A DNA stretch of 14,040 nt from a virus. Lineage: Duplodnaviria; Heunggongvirae; Uroviricota; Caudoviricetes. The translations under genes were made by a program, and so were the position numbers. The stretch lies in the IMG/VR virus record IMGVR_UViG_2681813230_000003; one strand, written 5' to 3'. The notes beneath the pieces are model-generated. The model ran no database searches and was not told the origin of the DNA. It was given only the letters and a program-made list of their open reading frames with translations. Positions 9,801 through 14,040 of this stretch are shown piece by piece (within the stretch, counting starts at the first letter, position 1; each line of letters begins with the position of its first letter).

Positions 9801-10074
9801 TTCGCCGTTCGCGGTGGTAAACGGTCAGGTGTTTATCAGCTCAGCGTTTATTCAGGATGGCACGATCACCAATACCAAAATCGGTAACTTTATCCAGTCG
9901 AACAATTATGTTGCCGGCTCTGTTGGCTGGAAACTGGATAAGTCCGGGACGTTTGAGAACTACGGTTCGACAGCTGGGGAGGGAGCCATGAAGCAGACCA
10001 ACCAGACAATCAGCGTCAAGGATGGCAACAACGTTCTGAGAGTGCAGGTTGGCCGATTAACGGGGGTGTTCTGA
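6892..10074 (+). CDS. J: Tail tip / central tail fibre host-specificity protein (lambda gpJ-like)
   Basis: 1060-aa ORF. The N-terminal and central regions resemble lambda gpJ (YTEVID.K..YPNTAL; QVP..Y.P.TR.YSG.W.G.FK; YCDQ.VPDG.GGTEPR.TCN.Y). The C-terminal ~250 aa diverge from my recollection of lambda's LamB-binding region. Confidence 0.92.
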   Translation: MAKTITGRKGGSSSSRTPTEQPDDLQSVAKAKILVALGEGEFAGQLTGKDIYLDGTALENADGSQNFSGVTWEFRPGTQAQKYIQGIPGTENEISVGTEVSSTTGWTHTFTNTQLSAVRLRLKWPSLFKQEDDGDLVGYSINYAIDLQTDGGTWQTVLNTSVTGKTTSGYERSHRVDLPQAGSTWTVRLRKLTADANSAKIGDTMTLQSYTEVIDAKLRYPNTALLYIEFDSSQFNGSIPQISCEPRGRVIRVPDTYDPETRTYSGTWTGAFKWAWTDNPAWIFYDLVVSDRFGLGDRLTAANIDKWTLYQVAQYCDQPVPDGKGGTRTEPRYTCNVYVQERNDAYTVLRDFAAIFRGMTYWGGDQIVALADMPRDVDYSYTRANVVDGRFTYSGSTIKNRYTTALVSWSDPGNAYADAMEPVFEQELVARFGTNQLEMTAIGCTRQSEANRKGRWGILTNNKDRIVSFDVGLDGNIPQPGYIIAVADDLLSGKVMGGRISAVNGRVITLDRDSAAVAGSRLMVNLPSGASQSRTIQSVNGRAVTVTTAYSETPAVESVWIVESDELYAQQYRVISVADNNDGTFSITGAFHDPDKYARIDTGAIIDQRPISVIPPGNQSPPANITISSFSVVQQNISVETMRVSWDQAQNAIAYEGQWRRNDGNWVNMPRSSTTSFDVPGIYAGRYLVRVRAINAAEISSGWGYSEEKTLTGKVGNPPKPVGFTATGINWGIRLNWGFPANTGDTLKTEIQYTANSDFSDPLLLSDVPYPSAEYTQLGLKAGQEFWYRAQLVDRTGNESGYTDWIRGMSNDNADDYLGDIADDFLTSADGERLTGDIDTNIEGILQNALANHGTVEHQWAQYGEVRADILVVKTTIAEVDNAMAELSTQVQAQIEDVTASLEDKLTAVVDASGASAIHTLKTGVRINGVIYNAGMSIAVLAEAGKPVVTRVGFNANQFVLMSGSGDTQYSPFAVVNGQVFISSAFIQDGTITNTKIGNFIQSNNYVAGSVGWKLDKSGTFENYGSTAGEGAMKQTNQTISVKDGNNVLRVQVGRLTGVF

Positions 10075-10075
10075 T

Positions 10076-10378
10076 ATGGCTTATGGAATACAGACCTGGG
10101 ATGCTTCGGGAAACCCCAACAACTACGGAATCAAGCCCGTTTCCGTTGTTGGACGTATACAACTTGCCGCCGGACAAAACTCCGGCAGCTGGTCTTTCAC
10201 TGTACCCTCAGGAATGAAGGTCGGTTTTGCGCTCTCACTTGATGAAGGAGGTAACAGCGTAGGGAGGAGCATTGTCGCGTCAGGGAACACAATAACCGTA
10301 ACCGCAGCCTCTTCTGTGGGCCTGGGTAATTACCCGGCCTCTAAATGTGAGGTGGTCGTTTTCATGGAGAAAGCATAA
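10076..10378 (+). CDS. Hypothetical protein, J-distal; one copy of a WDASG-containing domain
   Basis: 100-aa ORF starting 2 nt after the J stop, with a G-rich SD-like stretch upstream. It shares a motif (G.xxxWDASG...SGSW) with the next ORF. No homologue recognised from memory. Confidence 0.55.
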   Translation: MAYGIQTWDASGNPNNYGIKPVSVVGRIQLAAGQNSGSWSFTVPSGMKVGFALSLDEGGNSVGRSIVASGNTITVTAASSVGLGNYPASKCEVVVFMEKA

Positions 10379-11052
10379 TGGCCGAATTTGGCGCGATGAT
10401 ATTAATGGATAACGGGAATCCCTTTGTAACGCCACAATCAACGCCTTTCTGTCTTTACGGGAAGTATACCTTCAATTCATCCGCGAATGGCAGTTCTCAG
10501 CAGGTTGCTCAAAATATCGCTTTAAACGCTGATTACCCAGTGATGGTTTTTATCAAAACCACCAATACAGCACAGCCCACTCCGGTTATGTCTTACAGGA
10601 ACGGCGGTAATGTGTATGTTGTTGGTGTTAATCCCTACAACCAAAGTTTCACTTTAACGGCGTACGTTTTTGCCATATTCCCGCAGATATTACCGAAATG
10701 GGGTTTGGCAATATGGGATGCGAGCGGAAAGCTTGTGTTAACTAATGAGTCCCGTGTGCTATCAGACCTGCAGACGGTTGGCACGCCTGGTGCAAACGGC
10801 GGGATAAATATTGACCAGACGCTGAGCGGGTCATGGGCCGTTGCACCTGCTCAGTTGGGTCAGACCATCATTGTGAATAATTCAACCCAGCCTCCGACTA
10901 TCTACACGATAAATGCTTATTCTTCATGCAGGTTTGACGGGGCCAATACGAGGATAAACGCAGGGGGGACCTCCACTGGGACAGGTTCACCTGTAGGGGG
11001 AACGAATACTGGCATTTCATTAACCGCCATAAATACAGCGGCCTATGATTGA
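10378..11052 (+). CDS. Hypothetical protein, J-distal; two copies of the same domain plus a Gly/Thr-rich C-terminus
   Basis: 224-aa ORF translationally coupled to the previous ORF (ATAATG overlap; GGAG 9 nt upstream). An internal GLAIWDASG...SGSW segment parallels the N-terminus of the upstream protein, and its own N-terminus has a GAMILMDNGNP variant. Lower GC than J. Confidence 0.55.
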   Translation: MAEFGAMILMDNGNPFVTPQSTPFCLYGKYTFNSSANGSSQQVAQNIALNADYPVMVFIKTTNTAQPTPVMSYRNGGNVYVVGVNPYNQSFTLTAYVFAIFPQILPKWGLAIWDASGKLVLTNESRVLSDLQTVGTPGANGGINIDQTLSGSWAVAPAQLGQTIIVNNSTQPPTIYTINAYSSCRFDGANTRINAGGTSTGTGSPVGGTNTGISLTAINTAAYD

Positions 11053-11089
11053 TTGATCGTTTTTAGCGATCAATAACATAATATTGATC
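11052..11089. repeat. AT-rich intergenic inverted/direct repeats carrying three GATC sites
   Basis: ATTGATCG (11052-11059) and CGATCAAT (11067-11074) form an 8-bp inverted repeat with a 7-nt spacer; a third ATTGATC lies at 11083-11089. GATC occurs at 11055, 11068 and 11086. Confidence 0.4.
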
Positions 11090-11163
11090 TATCCAATCAA
11101 TTATACCCACCAGAATTGTATTGGTATCGTCTAAGATACTGAATTCCTCTGGATACTATCAAA

Positions 11164-11397
11164 ATGAGAAAACTGATTATCTGCATGGCAGGCGCTGTCA
11201 TGCTTACAGGATGCGCTGGCGTAATTGAGAAACAGGAACCAGTTTGCAGCGGCACTGCAATCGTTGGCGGTCAGGAAACTACGGTTCAGATTTACGGTGT
11301 GCGTAAACAAAACAACCAGACGCAGTACCGGGCTGGATATCCTTTCAGCTGGCGCTGGGTAAGTGCGAATACATTTACCGAAACAACCTGCAAATAA
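11164..11397 (+). CDS. Small lipoprotein (moron); candidate superinfection-exclusion lipoprotein (Cor-like, speculative)
   Basis: 77-aa ORF with a lipoprotein signal peptide and lipobox (MRKLIICMAGAVMLTG|C). It is flanked by an AT-rich regulatory-looking region upstream and a hairpin plus T-run downstream, and sits between tail-tip and tail-fibre genes, where cor-type exclusion genes occur. The RBS is weak. Confidence 0.55.
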   Translation: MRKLIICMAGAVMLTGCAGVIEKQEPVCSGTAIVGGQETTVQIYGVRKQNNQTQYRAGYPFSWRWVSANTFTETTCK

Positions 11398-11418
11398 CCC
11401 ACTACGCTTAAACATAAA

Positions 11419-11440
11419 CCTCGCTCCGGCGGGGTTTTTT
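11419..11440 (+). terminator. Rho-independent terminator downstream of the lipoprotein gene
   Basis: CCTCGC-TCCG-GCGGGG stem-loop (6 bp including one G-U pair, 4-nt loop) followed by TTTTTT(A)TT, 22 nt after the stop codon. Confidence 0.6.
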
Positions 11441-11460
11441 ATTGCCCGAAAGGAGCGCAT

Positions 11461-12321
11461 ATGTCTGCAGGAACTATCACCCTGACAAACGGGTCCGCTG
11501 TTGTTGGCGGTGCCGGAACCTCATTCGCAACCGAACTCGCCGGAGGTGATTTCATTGTTTCGGCTGTGGGCGGTGTGCCCTACACGCTGCCGGTGAAAAC
11601 GGTCGACAGTAATACCCAGGTGACGCTGGTCAGCAACTTTACCGGGCCAACGCAATCCGGCGCTGCCTGGTCAGCCATCCCCCGCGTTGCTCTGAACATG
11701 GTCACTGCCGCGCTTGTGGCGCAAAGTGCTGAAGCCCTGCGTGGACTGAATTACGACAAACAGAACTGGCAGCAGGTTTACAGCGCCGCCGGAAACATCA
11801 CAGTGAAGTTGCCAGACGGCACCACCTTCACCGGCCCATCATGGAAATATCTGTCTGACAATATGGCAACCAAGAGCGGTGGGGCCGTACCTGTTAACCA
11901 GGGAGGGACCGGGGCGACAACCAGAGACGCCGCGCTGTCCAATCTGGGTATCACCTATGTCAGGTCAGGAACAAACTCCAGCGTGATAAAAATTGACGAT
12001 ATTTATCAAATGGATTTCCTCATAGGTGGCGGCATCGCAGTAGGAGCATACAACCCTCAGACAGTGGGAGGTATTACGTATTACACGCACTACTATAAAG
12101 TGCCGCTCCCCGTCGCATTACCTAACGGCATTATTATTGCCGTTGCGTCCATTTCAGGCGACAGATTTGGAAATCAAAACCCCGGATACAATGCAGACGT
12201 AAAAACATGCAGAGATAAAGATGATGGCACCGGGCTATCAACAACATATCTAACCGTCAGCGTTAAAACAGCTCAGACAGGCTGGGTCCCGTATTTTCAT
12301 GTAAGAGTGGTAGGGTATTGA
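11461..12321 (+). CDS. stf: Side tail fibre protein (Stf-like) with mosaic C-terminal receptor-binding region
   Basis: 286-aa ORF with AAGGAG 5 nt upstream. It contains a ...NQGGTGATTRDAALSNLGI motif of the kind I recall as conserved in phage tail fibres, and is followed directly by a Tfa-family chaperone gene. GC content drops sharply after about 12000. Confidence 0.65.
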   Translation: MSAGTITLTNGSAVVGGAGTSFATELAGGDFIVSAVGGVPYTLPVKTVDSNTQVTLVSNFTGPTQSGAAWSAIPRVALNMVTAALVAQSAEALRGLNYDKQNWQQVYSAAGNITVKLPDGTTFTGPSWKYLSDNMATKSGGAVPVNQGGTGATTRDAALSNLGITYVRSGTNSSVIKIDDIYQMDFLIGGGIAVGAYNPQTVGGITYYTHYYKVPLPVALPNGIIIAVASISGDRFGNQNPGYNADVKTCRDKDDGTGLSTTYLTVSVKTAQTGWVPYFHVRVVGY

Positions 12322-12322
12322 T

Positions 12323-12736
12323 ATGAAATATTTTTACAGCATCAGCACGCAGGGATTTTACCTCGATAACGGTATGCTGTCTGCGTATGAAGCGGCTGGC
12401 TCACTACCTGCGGACTTGCAAGAGATGAGCGAGGCTGACTATCTGGCGTTTTTTAATCCTCCCGATGGATTCGCGGGCATATTTGACGAGAAAGGACCGC
12501 GTATTGAACAACTGCCAGAACTGGACCCGCTGGCGATAGCAGAAAATCAACGGCGGCTGTTGCTGTCAGAAATCGCTCCGACTATTTCTGTATGGCAGAC
12601 AAAAATCCTGGTGGGCATGAAACTGAGTGATTCAGAAACCGCAGCCCTGCATGCCTGGTTGAGCTACAGTGATGCGCTGAACGCGCTGGATATCACCGTG
12701 CCAGATATTCAGTGGCCTGAAAAACCCGCAGCGTGA
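12323..12736 (+). CDS. tfa: Tail fibre assembly chaperone (Tfa family; lambda Tfa / Mu U-like)
   Basis: 137-aa ORF starting 2 nt after the stf stop. The C-terminus (LHAWLSYSDALNALDITVPDIQWPEKP) matches the conserved Tfa C-terminal signature (...W..Y...L..VD.S.APDIEWP..P in lambda Tfa). Confidence 0.8.
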   Translation: MKYFYSISTQGFYLDNGMLSAYEAAGSLPADLQEMSEADYLAFFNPPDGFAGIFDEKGPRIEQLPELDPLAIAENQRRLLLSEIAPTISVWQTKILVGMKLSDSETAALHAWLSYSDALNALDITVPDIQWPEKPAA

Positions 12737-12750
12737 TGTGATTTTCATTA

Positions 12751-12778
12751 ACCGGGCAGAAAAGGATGACTGCCCGGT
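12751..12778. terminator. Possible bidirectional terminator hairpin between convergent tfa and dinI-like genes
   Basis: ACCGGGCAG / CTGCCCGGT is a perfect 9-bp inverted repeat with a 10-nt loop, lying between the two convergent stop codons. No clean T-run follows on either strand. Confidence 0.3.
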
Positions 12779-12793
12779 GATGTGAATATGTAA

Positions 12794-13033
12794 TTAATCA
12801 GCAACCAGCCACATGTCAGATTCTTCAAACATCTCTTCAAGCATACGATTAAGCCGTTCTTTCTCTGTTTTCGTGCAGTTGCTGTTTAGCGCGTTCGCCT
12901 GCATCGGCTTTACCTTCACTTCGGCACCAGGGAAAATCTGGTGCACCCGCTTCGTCAGTTCGGCCAGAATGATCTCCCTGGCCCCTTCGAGCCCCTCAAC
13001 ATTTCGCTTGTCATAAACCAGTTCAACAAACAT
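12794..13033 (-). CDS. dinI: DinI-family protein (DNA-damage-inducible protein I-like)
   Basis: 79-aa product MFVELVYDKRNVEGLEGAREIILAELTKRVHQIFPG...EKERLNRMLEEMFEESDMWLVAD aligns over its full length with remembered E. coli DinI (81 aa; ...LSRRIQYAFPD...KEDKQRISEILQETWESADDWFVSE). SD AAGAGGA lies upstream. The longer ORF-track ORF (to 13420) is an antisense run-on. Confidence 0.85.
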   Translation of the reverse strand: MFVELVYDKRNVEGLEGAREIILAELTKRVHQIFPGAEVKVKPMQANALNSNCTKTEKERLNRMLEEMFEESDMWLVAD

Positions 13034-13082
13034 ACCGATCCTCTTATAAGTGAAAACTGCCTGTGCTTGATCTGTTTTCATA

Positions 13083-13111
13083 AAAATACTACTGTATATA
13101 CATACAGTCAA
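13083..13111 (-). promoter_or_regulatory. Sigma70-type promoter for the dinI-like gene (-35 TTGACT, 17-bp spacer, -10 TATTTT on the minus strand)
   Basis: The minus strand reads TTGACT (13111-13106), a 17-nt spacer, then TATTTT (13088-13083). The LexA box lies within the spacer and overlaps the -35, the classic SOS-promoter geometry. Confidence 0.55.
13092..13107. promoter_or_regulatory. LexA operator (SOS box)
   Basis: CTGTATATACATACAG differs at one position from the CTGT-(AT)4-ACAG consensus and has flanking TA...TCA. It sits in the 99-bp divergent region between the dinI-like gene and orf99. Confidence 0.8.
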
Positions 13112-13132
13112 TGAGCGAGTGAGGGTGCATTT

Positions 13133-13432
13133 ATGCCTCGTCAACCGGATATTCGTGCTGCTTTTATTGCGGCCATACAGCAAAACCCGAAGGGCTATCT
13201 CTGTCTGCATACAGACAAGTTCATCGCTGAACTGCAGGAGAGGAACTGGCATTTCAGTCAGGCGGATGCAAATACATGGATCGAGCGATACCAGCCGGAC
13301 TTCGCCGATAAGACGACAAACGAAAGCGAGAACCGGTACTGGATCCTGCGTAACATGGGGAGGGTTCTGAGGAGTTATCTTGCGATGCGCTATAGGTTTG
13401 CCCCATCCCTCCCAAACCAACCTTTTTTATAA
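13133..13432 (+). CDS. Hypothetical protein (99 aa), divergent from the dinI-like gene; possibly SOS-regulated
   Basis: ORF with SD GAGGG 8 nt upstream of the ATG and a start about 25 bp downstream of the LexA box. Composition looks protein-like; the C-terminus is basic/aromatic (YWILRNMGRVLRSYLAMRYRF). No homologue recognised from memory. Confidence 0.5.
   Translation: MPRQPDIRAAFIAAIQQNPKGYLCLHTDKFIAELQERNWHFSQADANTWIERYQPDFADKTTNESENRYWILRNMGRVLRSYLAMRYRFAPSLPNQPFL
13407..13432. other. Candidate hix/gix-like recombination (crossover) site upstream of the invertase gene
   Basis: CCCTCCCAAACCAACCTTTTTTATAA matches hixL (TTCTTGAAAACCAAGGTTTTTGATAA, from memory) at 16/26 positions, including the AAACC core, the central AA, the T-run and the terminal ATAA. 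It lies 60 bp upstream of the invertase start. The left half-site is poor and no partner was found in the window. Confidence 0.3.
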
Positions 13433-13460
13433 CCATCAAAAATCTGGTGATGCTTCGCCG

Positions 13461-13487
13461 TTTCTCCTGTTTTCATAACAGGAGAAA
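13461..13487 (+). promoter_or_regulatory. Perfect 11-bp inverted repeat (stem-loop) that includes the invertase Shine-Dalgarno
   Basis: TTTCTCCTGTT (13461-13471), loop TTCAT, AACAGGAGAAA (13477-13487). The right arm contains AGGAG (13480-13484), 7 nt upstream of the invertase ATG at 13492. Confidence 0.45.
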
Positions 13488-13491
13488 TCCC

Positions 13492-14040
13492 ATGATTTAC
13501 GGTTATGCCCGAGTATCAACAAACCACCAGGACACTGAATTGCAACTAACGGCGCTCAAGTCAGCGGGTTGTGAGAAAATTTTTGAAGAGCATGCCAGCG
13601 GGAGGAAATCGAATCGGCCGGTTCTAAAACGGCTGATCGCCACTATGCAGCCGGGGGATGAACTGGTGGTCTGGAAGCTGGACAGGATAGGCCGCAACGT
13701 TCTGCATGCGCTGTTGATGTTCCAGCAGTTACAGGAAAAGGGTATCAACTTCCGCAGTATTACCGATGGCGTGGATCTCAAAACAGCCAGCGGCCGCTAT
13801 AACTTTCGTAACATCCTTTCCGCAGCACAATATGAATCTGATCTTAATAGCGAACGTACCTTAGCAGGGCTGGCCGTAGCCAGGGCAAAAGGGCGAGTTG
13901 GTGGTCGCAGGCCTAAGTTCACGGATGAGCAATGGCGGGAAATGGGGGAGCGGATGGCAACCGGTGAATCACGACAAAGCGTATCAAAAACGTATGGAGT
14001 AGGGCTCTCAACTCTGTATAAAAAGTTTCCAGCTAGCTGA
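13492..14040 (+). CDS. Serine-recombinase DNA invertase (Hin/Gin/Pin/Cin family)
   Basis: 182-aa product MIYGYARVSTNHQDTELQ...GDELVVWKLDRIGRN...GINFRSITD...ERTLAGLAVARAKGRVGGRRPK...GVGLSTLYKKFPAS is highly similar across its whole length to remembered Gin/Hin, including the catalytic Ser in the RVST motif and the C-terminal HTH. Start chosen at the ATG with an AGGAG SD; the ORF-track start at 13447 lacks one. The stop is the last codon of the window. Confidence 0.92.
   Translation: MIYGYARVSTNHQDTELQLTALKSAGCEKIFEEHASGRKSNRPVLKRLIATMQPGDELVVWKLDRIGRNVLHALLMFQQLQEKGINFRSITDGVDLKTASGRYNFRNILSAAQYESDLNSERTLAGLAVARAKGRVGGRRPKFTDEQWREMGERMATGESRQSVSKTYGVGLSTLYKKFPAS

Noticed and set aside
10545-10560. 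GGTTTTTATCAAAACC, considered as a possible partner gix/hix site for the invertase
   Set aside because: The arm orientation is reversed relative to hix/gix architecture, it lies inside a coding region far from any fibre junction, and it does not align to the candidate site at 13407-13432. Most likely coincidental.
11131-11460. 109-aa minus-strand ORF overlapping the lipoprotein gene
   Set aside because: The + strand ORF has a canonical lipoprotein signal peptide and lipobox and a downstream terminator in the + orientation. The minus ORF would run through that terminator and has no recognisable features.
12794-13420. 208-aa minus-strand ORF in the six-frame track
   Set aside because: Only the C-terminal 79 aa (from MFVELVYDK, start 13033) resemble DinI and have an SD and promoter. 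The N-terminal 129 aa are antisense to orf99 and the LexA-box region, with an R/L/C-rich composition typical of a shadow ORF.
13447-13491. Upstream ATG start for the invertase (ORF-track start 13447, MMLRRFSCFHNRRNP...)
   Set aside because: The extension has no SD and is absent from Hin/Gin-family proteins as I recall them. The ATG at 13492 has AGGAG at the right spacing and gives the conserved M-I-GY-RVST N-terminus.
1-14040. Search for tRNA or rRNA genes, CRISPR arrays, IS elements, an integrase or attachment sites
   Set aside because: I saw no regularly spaced direct repeats, no cloverleaf-like tRNA candidates in the intergenic regions, no transposase-like ORFs and no terminal inverted repeats. 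The only recombinase is the serine invertase at the window edge.

Overview
This window reads as the tail-morphogenesis module of a lambda-like (lambdoid siphovirus) prophage, probably in an enterobacterial host, followed by a lower-GC accessory region. All calls rest on my reading of the supplied ORF translations against remembered lambda, DinI and Hin/Gin sequences; no database search was run. From position 1 to about 10.1 kb the + strand carries a collinear set of lambda homologues: U (tail terminator), V (major tail protein), G and T (assembly chaperone pair with a -1 frameshift), H (tape measure), M, L, K, I and J (tail tip). Downstream of J the content turns mosaic: two translationally coupled hypothetical proteins sharing a repeated domain, a small lipoprotein moron with its own terminator, a side-tail-fibre gene with its Tfa chaperone, a minus-strand dinI-like gene behind a near-consensus LexA box, a divergent 99-aa unknown ORF, and a Hin/Gin/Pin/Cin-family serine DNA invertase that ends at the window edge. 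I found no tRNA, rRNA, CRISPR array or IS element. I do not see a recognisable known defence system; the candidates for novelty are the J-distal ORF pair, the GATC-rich switch-like region upstream of the lipoprotein, and the SOS-box / orf99 / invertase block.
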